In this document: positions 1 through 12,442 of the stretch, one piece after another
How the letters are laid out: each line of letters opens with the position of its first letter
Position numbering within the stretch: position 1 is the stretch's first letter
NCBI RefSeq assembly: GCF_001194135.2
Contig: NC_068991.1
Span: 73,929,779-73,993,778 of the forward strand
Direction of reading: 5' to 3'
DNA length: 64,000 nt
Source: Octopus bimaculoides
Taxonomy: Eukaryota
Translations under genes and position numbers: made by a program
Notes under the pieces: generated by a model
The model's database searches: none
Seen by the model: the letters and a program-made list of their open reading frames with translations, nothing else
What the model was told of the DNA's origin: nothing

Positions 1-26
1 ACATATATATATATATAAATATATTA

Positions 27-66
<40 letters not shown>

Positions 67-164
67 GCACACTTGTATGCAGATCTTCATTGATTAAATG
101 TCCACTTTCCCATGTGCCTGATTAAATGTCAAATATGTGTGTGTGTGTATGTGTGTATGTGTGT

Positions 165-210
<46 letters not shown>

Positions 211-542
211 AGCGCGCGCATGTGTGTGCACATCTGTATACCAAAATACATACATACATATCCATATATATACATATGTACACATGCACACATATATACA
301 TATATAAAATGACACTGATTTAACGGCCCCTTTTTCTTGTTCCTGTGGGTCAGCCAGAATTCTCTGGTACAAATTTCCTGCAACCCTCACCTGTTTCCAA
401 TGAAGATTTTGGTCTTCCCATGGCCAATGCCACTTGTTTGGAACCATCATGTGATAGCAAGACAAAAGGGAAAACACAATGACATGCATACCCCCCCACA
501 CACACACACACACATACATTTATACAATGAGAGGAGACACAG

Positions 543-810
543 AGATGTGGGTGAGCAGGTAGGTAGACAGTAAGACAGACAGACAGACAGACAGACAGAT
601 AGACTGACAGACAGACAGGCAGACAGATAGATAGACAGAAAGACAGACAGACAGACAGACAGGCAGACAAAGACAGACAGATAGACAGACAGACAGACAG
701 ACAGATAGACAGACAGATAGACAGACTGACAGACAAAGATAGACAGATTGACAGATAGGCAGACTGACAGACAGACAGACAAAGATTGACAGACAGACAG
801 ACAGATAGAC

Positions 811-855
<45 letters not shown>

Positions 856-964
856 CATTTCTTTTATTAGCCACACAGGGCTCAACGAAGATGGGACAAA
901 TACAATGTAGAGCTTTTCTTTTTGGGAGGGGGAAGGAAGGAAAAAAAAAAAAAAAAAAAAAAAA

Positions 965-1008
<44 letters not shown>

Positions 1009-1192
1009 AACAGATAGAGAGACAGACAGACAGACTGACAGACAGACTGACTGACTGACTGACAGACAGACTGACAGACAGACTGACATACAGACAGACA
1101 GACAGATAGATAGACAAAGATAGATAGATAGGTAGATAGATAGATAGATAGAATGATAGATAGATAGATAAATAGATAGGTAGGTAGGTAGG

Positions 1193-1224
<32 letters not shown>
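543..1224. repeat. Compound (GATA)n/(GACA)n tetranucleotide microsatellite array with an internal poly-A and a short unique spacer
   Basis: Directly visible. It accounts for the LSIY/SVCL ORFs 350-1435, 447-782 and 520-1230. Confidence 0.97.
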
Positions 1225-1564
1225 ACACAATGGCCTTTTGGAGAATAATATCTATGTATTGTTTGAAAAACTCATGATGAAAGGAATTCCACCGTAGAGA
1301 ATTCTGAATGCAATTAAAATACAGCAATGCACACAAAAAAAATGATAATAATAAATAAATATGTAAAATTATAAGAGAAACTTGAAAAACTATAATTCTG
1401 AAAAATCCATTGAAATACAGAATGGAGACCACCAAAGCTATTCAAGTGAAGTAATTACGGGTGAAGTGTACTATAAAAATACTATAAATTTAATGTGTGT
1501 TCTATTGATGTGTCTATATTTTGGTTTCCTTTTGTGTATTTATGAATAAATTTATTCTTTTCTA

Positions 1565-1770
1565 CTCTAAGCACAAGGCCTAAAATTTTGGGGGAAGCGG
1601 GGGCAGTTGATTAGATCAACTCCAGTGTGCAACTGGTACTTAATTTATCGACCCCAAAAGGTTAAAAGGCAGTCAACCTCGGTGGAATTTGAACTCAGAA
1701 CGTAAAGACAGACGAAATACCGATAAACATTTCGCCCGGCGTGCTAACGTTTCGGCCAGCTTGTCGCCTT
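1565..1770 (-). mobile_element. tRNA-derived SINE, Meta-domain-like family (..GTCGACTTTGCCTTTCATCCTTTCGGGGTCGATAAATTAAGTACCAG..)
   Basis: Related copies at 19320-19580, 23405-23615, 23735-23915(+), 25090-25245, 35520-35880, 36425-36600 and 50110-50275. B-box-like GAGTTCAAATTC. The Meta-domain assignment is from recalled consensus. Confidence 0.85.
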
Positions 1771-1944
1771 CATGAATAAACTTATTGGTAAAGAGAATAT
1801 GACATCATGGTGTCTAAGGAAAGATGGTTCTTATATAAGATGCAGGCATGGCTATGTAGTTAAGAAGCTTACTTTGTAAGCATGTGGTTTTGGGTTTAGT
1901 CCCACAGCTTGCTTGTTTCATGTTTGCTTTATTCTCTTGCTTGA

Positions 1945-2215
1945 TGGAGCTGGGGGTCATCTCAGATCTGTGGACCCACAGGTGTCATTGTGTCAAGAAA
2001 CAACCAGGTCCACTAGCGCTCTCCATCACTAGCAGTCCTATACCAGGTCTCTGCATCCACCAAGGTGATGTTGAGTCTCTTAGAGATCTTCTGTAATCAT
2101 GTCTGGCCATCTGGTGCAGGATCTGCCATGGGGCCTCTTCCAGCCCACAGCCACTGCATCAAAAGAGGGCACAGCCCTGGTAGGATGGCCTGGCAGGAAG
2201 CAGAGAACACATATG
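1945..2215 (-). mobile_element. Decayed non-LTR retrotransposon (RTE-like LINE) ORF C-terminus
   Basis: Translation GWKRPHGRSCTRWPDMITEDL*RLNITL..A.D resembles the RP.GRP..RW.D....DL C-terminal motif of RTE-clade ORFs; contains a stop codon. Confidence 0.65.
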
Positions 2216-2594
2216 TACCAGCACATACAGCAGACAGCTATGAGGTGGACGGGGGGCAAATGTCTGCTACTATAGCCCTGGGCCAATCAATGCCTAGTCA
2301 GTGAATTTGGTAGGTGGAAACTGTATTGAAGCCTATCATATATGTATGCACATGTGTGCGTGTGTGCATCTTTCTGTTTGTACCACTACTGTTCGACAAC
2401 CGGTACTAGTTTGTTTATGTCCTCATGATTTAGCAGTTTGGCCAAAGAGACCACTAAAATAAGTACCAGATTTAAAAAGAACTGCGATTGATTTAATCAA
2501 CTAAACCATTTAAAGTGGTGCCCCAGCATGGCCACAGGCCATTGACAGAGTCAAGTAAAAGATGGACGATAACGATATTTTTTTGGTTGTGTGG

Positions 2595-2734
2595 ATAGGT
2601 GCAAGTATGGGAGTATGGTAAGATGCTTGCTTCCCAGCCACATGGTTCTGGGTTCAGTCCCATTGCATGGCACCTTGTGCAAGTCTCTTCTACTAAACCC
2701 TCAGGATTTGGTGGTTGGAAACTGAGAGAAGAGC

Positions 2735-2770
<36 letters not shown>

Positions 2771-2965
2771 CTCCACCACCATTTGTCAACTGATATTGGT
2801 TTGTTTACTTCCCCAGAACTTAGCAGTTCAGCAAAAGAGATTAATAGTATAAATAACAAGCTTCGAAAAAAAAAAAATTGTCCTGGGGTTGACTTGTTTC
2901 GCTAAAATTCTTCAAGGCTGTTCCCCAGCATGGCCACAGTCTAATGACTGAAATAAGTAAAAGAT
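2595..2965 (+). mobile_element. tRNA-derived CORE-like SINE with internal (TG)n
   Basis: Head ..GGTAAG..GCTTGCTT..CCACATGGTTC.GGGTTCAGTCCCA, a CORE-like GGCACCTTGGGCAAG segment, a (TG)n linker and a conserved tail ..CCAGCATGGCCACAGTC..TGACTGAAA. Many copies, e.g. 11440-11630(-), 17435-17735, 29330-29770, 37490-37690(-), 49340-50070 and 59770-60240. Confidence 0.88.
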
Positions 2966-3060
2966 ATTAAAAAAATAAAACTATATATTTAATTGACCCA
3001 GAAGAATGAAAGTCAAAGTCGAACTAACTGGGATTTGAACTCAGAGCAGCGAGAGCTGAA

Positions 3061-3528
3061 NNNNNNNNNNNNNNNNNNNNNNNNNNNNNNNNNNNNNNNN
3101 NNNNNNNNNNNNNNNNNNNNNNNNNNNNNNNNNNNNNNNNNNNNNNNNNNNNNNNNNNNNNNNNNNNNNNNNNNNNNNNNNNNNNNNNNNNNNNNNNNNN
3201 NNNNNNNNNNNNNNNNNNNNNNNNNNNNNNNNNNNNNNNNNNNNNNNNNNNNNNNNNNNNNNNNNNNNNNNNNNNNNNNNNNNNNNNNNNNNNNNNNNNN
3301 NNNNNNNNNNNNNNNNNNNNNNNNNNNNNNNNNNNNNNNNNNNNNNNNNNNNNNNNNNNNNNNNNNNNNNNNNNNNNNNNNNNNNNNNNNNNNNNNNNNN
3401 NNNNNNNNNNNNNNNNNNNNNNNNNNNNNNNNNNNNNNNNNNNNNNNNNNNNNNNNNNNNNNNNNNNNNNNNNNNNNNNNNNNNNNNNNNNNNNNNNNNN
3501 NNNNNNNNNNNNNNNNNNNNNNNNNNNN
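3061..3528. other. Assembly gap (first of 19 N-runs; the largest others are 14804-15241, 18621-19101, 20706-21423, 22542-23210, 47515-48311 and 55883-56661)
   Basis: N runs, almost all flanked by microsatellites or repeats, typical of a short-read scaffold. Confidence 0.99.
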
Positions 3529-3654
3529 GCAGATGCACATTAGAAGCAGTTGGAAGGGTGTAGATTGACGGAAATTTAGGCTATTATTTCTAGCATATAG
3601 AGTGAACACACTGAGGTCTCCTTCTCTTATGTCTTCTGCTGATTATTTTTCTTC

Positions 3655-3884
3655 TTAACCCTTTTGTTACCATATTTCTGTTGAGAAGATTTGTGTTTTG
3701 TTCAGTTAATTTTAAATATAACAAAGAATTTAGTAAAATAACTTAGTTATCATTAAGCTAGTGTTAGGAACATAAATTGTGACTAAAGTTTGGTTGAAGA
3801 TTTTAATTTAAAACTTATGAAAACAAGACATTTGTACTACAGAACCAGAGGTGGTTTCAACCGGGTTGGTAACGAAGGGGTTAA
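3655..3884 (+). mobile_element. piggyBac-type MITE (TTAA-CCC...GGG-TTAA)
   Basis: TTAACCCTTTTGTTACC at the left end and GGTAACGAAGGGGTTAA at the right end. Related copies at 3901-4132, ~10885-11093(-) and ~60915-61110. Confidence 0.85.
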
Positions 3885-3900
3885 AAATATCATGGTGACT

Positions 3901-4132
3901 TTAACCCTTTTGTGACCATATTTCTGCTGAGATGTTCTGTGTTTCTTTCAATTAATTTTAAATATAACAAAGAATTTAGTAAAATAACTTAGTAATCATT
4001 AAGCTAGTGTTAGGAACATAAATTGTAACTAATGTTTGGTGGAAGATTTTAATTTAAAACTTATGAAAACAAGACATTTGTACTCAGAGTCAGAACTGGT
4101 TTAAGCCGGGTTGATATCGAAAGCATGCTTAA
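3901..4132 (+). mobile_element. Second, directly tandem copy of the same piggyBac-type MITE (right TIR decayed)
   Basis: Near-identical body to 3655-3884, beginning TTAACCCTTTTGTGACC. Confidence 0.82.
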
Positions 4133-4440
4133 GCATACTATCAAAGCAAAGTAATTTAGTTCCGGGTATTAGTTCAATGTGACCCGACTACTTACCCCAG
4201 CACCAGCTGACTTTAGATGAACATCTGATACATCAACACTCAACCTTTGATACTAAACTCAATCTCTTACTTTGTGGTTTTGGAAAAACTCTCACACACA
4301 TCCTTCATATTAGATATCCCAGTTTCAAAGCTATCAGTTCAAATTTATTTTTGTATGTGCTGATCCATAATTGTTATTGTTGTTGGTGTTGTCATTGTGA
4401 TTGTGGCTAACAAACAGTCTGTTATAGTATTGCTGTTGCT

Positions 4441-4741
4441 CAGTTCTATATTTAAGAGATAAGGAATTATGTACATTATTTACATTTGATGGATATCTGT
4501 CCTCATCATATGGCGTAGTGGTTAAGAGCATGGGCTACTAACCCCAAGATTCCGAGTTTGATTCCAGGCAGTAACCTGAATAATAATAATCATCATCATC
4601 ATCGTCATGGGTTGGATGATTTGACTGAGGACTGGTGAAACCAGATGGCTACACCAGGCTCCAATCTGATTTGGCAGAGTTTCTACAGCTGGATGCCCTT
4701 CCTAACGCCAATAATGATAATAATAATAAGAATAATAATAA

Positions 4742-4780
<39 letters not shown>

Positions 4781-4943
4781 CAACATCAAAAAATACCTTA
4801 GGAATGAGAACCTAGGTTCAAAATGTCCCCAGGACACCAGATGAAGGCTGGAGGGTGTATCAGCCGAAATGTTGTGTTAACAACAAACAAGATGAGGACA
4901 AATATCCGTCAAATGTAAATAATGTAAATAATGTAAATAATGT
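4441..4943 (+). mobile_element. tRNA-headed SINE with hammerhead-like 3' part (4508-4943), preceded by an inverted 3'-end fragment (4441-4507)
   Basis: A-box TGGCGTAGTGG, B-box GAGTTTGATTCC, (AAT)n linker, mutated core CAGATGA..GAAAT at 4833-4878. Flanks ATTGCTGTTGCT (4429-4440) and ATTGTTGTTGTT (4944-4955) match at 10/12. Confidence 0.85.
4591..4710 (-). mobile_element. RTE-tailed SINE/LINE 3' fragment nested in the (AAT)n linker of the hammerhead SINE
   Basis: Reverse complement of ..GGAAGGGCATCCAGCTGTAGAAACTCTGCCAAATCAGATTGGAGCCTGG..(GAT)n, the same family as 42810-42978. Confidence 0.85.
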
Positions 4944-4957
4944 ATTGTTGTTGTTGT

Positions 4958-5237
4958 TTGTGCCTTCTCGAGCCATGCCTGGCTCACAAGGGCCAGTTTC
5001 CCTGTTTCATTGGTGTATAGGTTCCCCACGGGTCTGTCGCAGGTGAGCTGCTAGATGCAGGGGGAAAGAGTGAGAGAAAGTTGTGGCAAAAGAGTCAGCA
5101 GAAGTTCACCATTACCTTCTGCCATGGAGCTTAGGTGTTTTGCTCATAAACACACACATCACCCAGTCTGAGATTTGAACTCGTGATCCCTCAACCACGA
5201 GTCCACTGCTCTAACCTCTAGGCTATGTGCCTCCACT
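4958..5237 (-). mobile_element. SINE of another tRNA-headed family (related 3' part at 14527-14803)
   Basis: Reverse-complement head with GAGTTCAAATCTC B-box and TAGCCTAGAGGTTAG A-box-like motif; shares GAAAGTTGTGG..AAAGAGT.CAGCAG with 14740-14765. Confidence 0.65.
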
Positions 5238-5620
5238 ATCATAGTATTATCTATGGGGAATTCCAACCATGTTTCGTGGTTCGCTACCTCAACAGCTCCT
5301 TTATAGGGTCCAGTGGCTAAGGACATAATCAGGAGGAACCATATTCGGTTTCGGCCCCTATTCTTCTACCGATTTTGATGTGGCAGGGCCCAACCCTTCA
5401 GAAGTGCATTCAGCTCTGGAATTGAATGTGTTTTTTATTTCTTTTTGTAATAAATGCAAAAAAAAAAAAAAAAGTATTACATTTAAATATTTCAATGTAA
5501 ATATTTAAACAGGAGGCTAAGAGTTAAAAAAAGAAAGAAAAAAACTAAGAATAACTGAGGTTAAGAAGCTTGAATTGTGAACCATGTGAATTCAAGTTCA
5601 ATCCTACTACATGGTACCTT

Positions 5621-5950
5621 GAGCCAGTCAGGCGGCACTAGCAACGACCACGCTCGAATGGTGCTTTTTACATGCCACCAGCACAGGAGCCAGTCAGGTG
5701 GCACAAGCAACGACCATGCTTGAATGGTGCTTTTTACGTGCCACCTGCACAGGACCAGTTAGGTGGCACTGGCAATGACCACACTCGAATGGTGCTTTTT
5801 ACAAACCACCGGCACAGGAGCCAGTCAGGTGGCACTGGCAATAACCATGCTTGAATGGTGCCTTTTACGTGCCAACCAGCACAGGACCAGTTAGGCGGCA
5901 CTGGCAACGATCACACTCAAACAATGCTTTTTACATGCCACCGGCACGGG
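5621..5950. repeat. ~65-66 bp tandem repeat (about 5 units) from the 3' region of the RTE-related family
   Basis: Unit GAGCCAGTCAGGCGGCACTGGCAACGACCAC.CTCGAATGGTGCTTTTTACGTGCCACC.GCACAG starts at 5621, 5687, 5752, 5818 and ~5884. The same unit occurs at 35140-35300, 38210-38380, 42710-42810 and 55090-55270. Confidence 0.9.
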
Positions 5951-6765
5951 TTCCAATCCAGGTGGTACTGTCATCAGCCATGACAATGGCTACGACTATG
6001 TTGAAAAATACACCACATTTGGCCACATCCTATGAGAGCATCTTGGTCAACCTACAAACTTTGCAGCCAACCCTCGTATTGCTTCTCTGCTTCGTTTGGG
6101 TTTTTATTTTGTTAACCGATTTTAGGATTTCTTGTTTCTTTTTTCCTTCATTTATTCAATTTGACAATCTACAAAATTTTTTTTTTTATTATTTTCAGAT
6201 TTATATTTTCCTTCTGTTCTTTGCGTTTTAAGATAAGTAAAAATCATATGATCAACACAACTGATATACAATATTTCTGCCATTTTTGAAGAGCAATTAT
6301 TCAATCTGTCATATTTATGTATGAATATATATATATATATACACATACATACATACATACACATATGTGTACATATGTACATATATATATATATATATAA
6401 CATGTGTTATATATATTTATAGGCATTCACATACATATATGTATGTATATATATATATATACATGGAGAAATGCATTGATATACACATTATCGCCATCAT
6501 CAGGATTTATATAAATATACATACATATACACATATATATACATATATATATATATATGTAAATATAAATCAATATACATACATATATGCTGTAAAGGAA
6601 ACATCTAAGGAAATACATTTAATATTCATGATGTGTCTTTGTATCCAAACATATCTCCATAAATCTGTTTTCTCTAAGAGACCATCATCATCATTACCAT
6701 ATTTCATTCGCTAGCACCGTCTCACATGCCAAAACACACTTCCACAGTTCAGCATCATCATCACC

Positions 6766-6799
<34 letters not shown>

Positions 6800-8882
6800 T
6801 CGCCATTATCATGTTTACACGCTTGTGCTTTTTTTGTCCCCCACTTTCATGGGTTGGATGAGTTTTAAAGCACTTAGCCTGTTGTCACAACTTGCAGCCC
6901 CTTTGTTTCCAGGCAACATGATACAAAAAAAAAGGATGTCTTCCTCCCATCATCAGCCACAACACAGTATTGACAGAATGCATTTTGCCAAACCACTGAT
7001 GCTAAAGAGGTTATCTGCAGTTGGGTTAGAGGGTGCTCTCTCCCTTGTATCGATTCTTTTTCCTTTTTTTTTTTTTGGAGTTACTGCACTCCAAGGCAGG
7101 TTGCCCATGATGCAATTTTCAGAGTCCCTGGCCCTTTCATCTGTCTCTTATTATTTCTGGCTGGTGTTTTTATTTTTATAGCAGGTGGCATGTAAAAAGC
7201 ACCATTTGTGTCTGTCTGTATTTCTGTCTGTCTGTATGTATGTATGTCTGTCTGTATGTATGTATGTATGCATGTATGCATGTATGTATGTATGTATGTA
7301 TGTATGTATGCATGTATGTATGTATGTATGTATGTATGTATATATGTGAGCCTGGTTTAGCCATCTGGTTCACCAGTCCTCAGTCAAATCGTCCAACCCA
7401 TGCTAGCATGGAAAGCGGACGTTAAACGACAATGATGATGATGATGATGTATGTATGTATGTATATATGTATGTCTGTATGTATGTATGTATGTATGTCA
7501 GTATGTCTGTATGCATGTATGTCTATGTATGTATGTATGCATGTATGTATGTATATATGTCTGTCTGTCTGTATGTATGTATGTATGTATGTATGTATGT
7601 ATGTATGTATGAATGTATGTACATATGCATATGTATTACCACACACTGCGCATTAATATTGCTGCCTAAAACAATGAAATCAACATCTCGGTAACCTAGT
7701 TTTAGTTCTTCGTGAAAAAAAGTTGCTTCTTCTTCTTCTTCTTTCTCTCCAGATTCATAAATACGTAACTTCCTGATATGAGAAATATTTAAATAATTCC
7801 AAAACACAAGACTGATTGCTCACAAACAATGGAACCAAATGTGGTCTGGTTCAACTCACTACTCAACCTGAATGTTTCTTCCCAGGGGCCAAACTGTCCT
7901 TTAAATTATTATACAATGCTTCAAGCTATAAACCCCAGAAAATATCAGACATCATACTTGACTACCGACAATCTTAAACACACACCAGCTAGTAGTAACT
8001 GGGCCAAACTCCCTGCCTAATATAATATAGATTCTAGTAATTTTCAACTTTTGTTCCCTTACAGGAAATCGCTTGTCAATAGAATTTGTATAATGCACTA
8101 CTATCCCTGCCAACTCAGCTAACATGCCATACATAGGTCAGACAGTTATATCTTTTAAAAACTGATTTTATAAACATATCTAGTCATTCTGCAACTCCAA
8201 TAGGCAAACAAATCTTTCCCATGTTCAATCTTGTCATTATAAGCTTGTAATACATCTAATTAAATCAACTGGGAAATGTTTTCTTTCACTAAAATGTGCT
8301 CAAGTATAAAAAAAAAAAAATACTTGTCAATTTTGTGTTTATGAATCTCTTGAAATCTTTTTCTCTAACCTATTCAGTAAACACTCAAGTAACTATTTGC
8401 ATACAAACACAAAACTTGCAACGTACTTTGGTACTTTTTGATAGCTAGCTCATTAACCACTCACTAAATAAGAAGGTAAGAAGCAACAACTCCTAGCAAT
8501 CTTCTAAAACCATCCTAAGATTTCAATCTTTTTAACCCTACCCCTAACTTAACTTATTTTTGGTTACGCAAACATCATCCCTTAACAACATAGCCGAATA
8601 AAAAGTAGCAATGTGGCATCAGAGATTGACATTTTTGTCTTAACAGCAAAACAACCTTTTAACCTGCAAGCCATCATGGCATTCCTCAAGAGTGAGTTCA
8701 TTTGGAGCTTAATTTCACTCAATAAGACTACGATTTCTTGACCCAATTAGATATTCTAAAAATAATTTCCTATTTTGTAACTTTGGTTTGGCACTAAATT
8801 TACAAACCATATCATCTTGCTGTGAAATTAAGAAGAAGCTTTCATTCAATGTTATTCTATTCTAAACCCAAGCAATGATTGT

Positions 8883-9179
8883 CAGTGGTGGACTGGCCAG
8901 GTTGCCAGCTTGCTCCGATGGCAAGCAGGCCTCTACACCATTAGGATCCATATATGCAGGCCCATGTTAGTATCTAAGGGGCCCATCCCTTCAACTTTGA
9001 AATTTTTAATTCACTCCTGGAAGAATGCATTAATTATTTCAGCCTGGCTGTGTTTGTAGACAGTTGAAAAGAATACTTTTAACAAAAAGCATTGTAGTTG
9101 TGGGTGGGTCCCCTTGTAGATGCGGGTGGGCCCCCTTAGTCTCCTGGCAACTAATACTTTTAGACCCAGTCCACCACTG
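8883..9179. mobile_element. hAT-superfamily MITE
   Basis: Perfect 14-bp TIRs CAGTGGTGGACTGG / CCAGTCCACCACTG, with 8-bp TSD ATGATTGT at 8875-8882 and 9180-9187. Confidence 0.92.
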
Positions 9180-9705
9180 ATGATTGTAACTTTAAGAGTC
9201 ACTTCAACTACAACATGATTAAATCAGTTCTTCCTTAACCGTTGTTTATTTCAACCAAATATCGACCTGCTAAAAGTGTCGACCAGGTACTGAATTATTT
9301 TCGTGAACAACTTCATTTCTTCAGAGAAAATGCTAACCAACAAAAAGATGTAACTAAATGATTGCTTCTCTTTATAAACTAGACAGAAACAGTCATATCC
9401 CCAACTTTAAACAGATATGCATTTTTGGAGCAACTGGGATCTCCAAGAAATCCTTTACACCTACAGACATAAGTTTATATATATGAAAGAAGGTAAAAAT
9501 GAGGTAAAATAGAAAACTTCTGACAAAGTGGAAAGTTTAATAAAACCTTTATATTTCAGGCCCAACTTCTGAAGGCAGCCCTTTATGCCTGAATTATAAA
9601 GGTTTTATTTAAACTTTCCACATTGTCAGAAGTTATCTATTTTCTCTCTTTTTACCTTCTTCAATCTTACAATACTTCAAGCAAACTACAACACTCTTAT
9701 ACATG

Positions 9706-9793
<88 letters not shown>

Positions 9794-11989
9794 TTCATCG
9801 TCATCCTCTTACCATCTACTTTTCCTAGCTTGCATGGGTCAGATTGAATATGTTATAAAACCTCACTTATTTCTGAGCAAGATGATAGTTTCCCATGGCT
9901 GGACATGTCTTCTTGAACAATTGGAAGCAAACCACACCACTTGTATGACAATGGTGCTCCTTTACCCCTTTCATACAATATCAAGACAGAAGGCAGAGAC
10001 AAATCCTGACAAGACACACCATATATTTGAGAAATCAACCAGTACAGTTACCAACCCTTTAGGGTTAATGCACTACATATACAAACACTCCATCGATCAA
10101 GTGTGACCGTTCTTCTACACATGTATTGGCAGCCCCGGGCCAAATTTTTTTGAAGAAAATCATCAGTTGTCTGTGTGTGTGAGTTTCCCTTTTCCATACC
10201 TTTGATGTCTATTTGAGAAGAGCACCGACCTGGGCCACCACATCTGGGCATCAGAGTCATTGCCAGCATTGTTGTCCGAATGCAAAGAGTCAGATCAGAC
10301 ACTGCAAAGCATCTGGCTTGAAGCTCTGACAGTTACGTCAATCCACAACCCTAGATCAGTACTTTAGCCTGTTTAGAGTTCAGATTATTCTGTTAAATGC
10401 ATTCACATTGTTTTGAATTTATCATGCATTTATCTTGTAGCTTTGAGATCTTGATGATGAGGTAATTTATTTTTAGAATAACATTGTAGGGTAAGTGTGA
10501 GAGACCAGATCTGGCTTGTTCAAACATAAAACAGGTAGAATATTTTGGCTAGATATGGCTGGTTTGAATATTGAATATTAATACCGATCCAGAAAGAATT
10601 AAAAAACAAGGTTGACTTTAATGGGATTTGATCTCAGAATGTAGAGATTTGGAACAAATACCTCAAGGCATTCTACTGAACATTCTACAGACTTGGCCAG
10701 ATTTTGCCACTTGAGTACACTACTTTACACCACATAGTTTCTTCTGCCATTACAGCACAATACATTAGCCAACTAATTACCAAGCCAAAATTATCAATCT
10801 CCATCAATCTCCATGTGCACTCATTAACCTGAACTAAGTTCATTGGAATCAAAAACCAGTGAAATCTAATCCTTTTGATAACAGCCTGCATGAAACCACT
10901 CTTGGTTCCATGAAGCAATTCTATTTTAAAGTGATCCAAATTAAAAGTTCCAATCAAAACTTCAAGCTAATTTATTTCCCAAACGCCAGCTTAATAATGG
11001 CAAAGTTCACTTAGTAAATTCTTCATTATTTTCAAAATTAATTAAAACAAAGGCAGATTAATTTCGCCAGAAATATAGCAACAAATGGGTTAATGCAAAA
11101 CCATGAAACACATCCTAACCTTATAAAATAGTCATAATTAAACCCTATACATTCATCATCATTAATTATTTACAAACAACTTCTTATAATCTCATCAATC
11201 TCTGTTCTTTAATAGAACAACCTTGCCATTTTCCAAGTTCATTAGAATCAGAAACCAATGTTTTGGTGTAGATTGATGTAACCCATCCTAACTATAAAAT
11301 AGTTGCATCTAAAATACTTCCAGACCAATTACTGCTAATTATTTACAAGCAATTTCTTATAACGATATCAAACTCCATTCTCTCTTCGTTAGAACAGCTT
11401 GCCCTCTTCTGACCTTAACCTCCGATTCTATTCTTTTATTCTTTTATTTGCTTCAGTCAACTGACTGTGACCATGCTGGAGCAACACCTTTTAGTCGAAG
11501 AAATCGACCCCTGGACTTATTCTTTCGAAGCTTGGTGCTTATTCTATCAGTCTCTTATGCCGAACTGCTAGGTTACAGGGACGTACACACACCAATATCA
11601 GTTGTCAAGTGAAGGTGGGGGGACAAACACAGACATAGACACACACATATAAATACATACATCATCATCATCAACATCATCATCATCAACATCATCATCA
11701 TCGTTTAACATCTGCTTTCCATAGAAAGCTAACCAAAACAGACTATGGAACCTGGTACCACCCCTGGCATTGCCAGTTCCTGTCAAGCTGTCCAACTCAT
11801 GCCAGCATGGAAAACAGACATTAAATATTGATGATGATGATATATATAGATGTGTGTGTGTGTGTGTGTGTGTACAATTACAGTATGGCCAAATATTTTA
11901 ATCACACCCCCATGGCATAGATAAAATATATGTATGGTTTATTAAATCTCTTTTAATATGTATGGTTTCTTATTTAGAAAATCTCTTTT

Positions 11990-12180
11990 ACAGTTCTATA
12001 TTTAAGAGATGAGGAATTATGTACATTATTTACATTATTTACATTTGACGGATATTTGTCCCCATCTTGTTTGTTGTTAACACAACGTTTCGACTGATAT
12101 ACCCTCCAGCCTTCATCAGGTGTCTTGGGGAAATTTCGAACTTGGGTTCTCATTCCTAAGATGTTTTTCGATGTTGTTAC

Positions 12181-12258
<78 letters not shown>

Positions 12259-12259
12259 C

Positions 12260-12290
<31 letters not shown>

Positions 12291-12411
12291 TCACTGCCTG
12301 GAATCGAACTCGGAATCTTGAGGTTAGTAGCCCGCGCTCTGGGCATATGGCGTAGTGGTTAAGAGTGCAGGCTACTAACCCCAAGATTCCGAGTTCGATT
12401 CCAGACAGTGA

Positions 12412-12442
<31 letters not shown>

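Noticed and set aside
112-1435. Long ORFs such as 350-1435 (361 aa), and similar ones at 25920-26780, 30370-30894, 40363-41152 and 55744-57334
   Set aside because: They are translations of di-, tri- or tetranucleotide microsatellites or run through N-gaps; there is no protein-like content.
5335-5410. Minus-strand CTGAAGG..GGCCGAAACC and plus-strand CAGATGA..GAAAC (~60610-60630) hammerhead-like strings
   Set aside because: The core is mutated and no stem I can be drawn; too weak to call.
5621-5950. Regularly spaced repeats resembling a CRISPR array (also 41933-42095, 50608-50852 and 57860-58695)
   Set aside because: These are head-to-tail tandem units with no unique spacers, in eukaryotic context with no cas genes.
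9370-9463. Possible minus-strand exon CKGFLGDPSCSKNAYLFKVGDMTVSV*
   Set aside because: Short, with only a modest acceptor and no recognisable homology; not distinguishable from chance.
12345-12415. tRNA-like cloverleaf with ACT anticodon
   Set aside because: It is a SINE head: no proper acceptor stem or 3' end, and it is always followed by the same SINE body.
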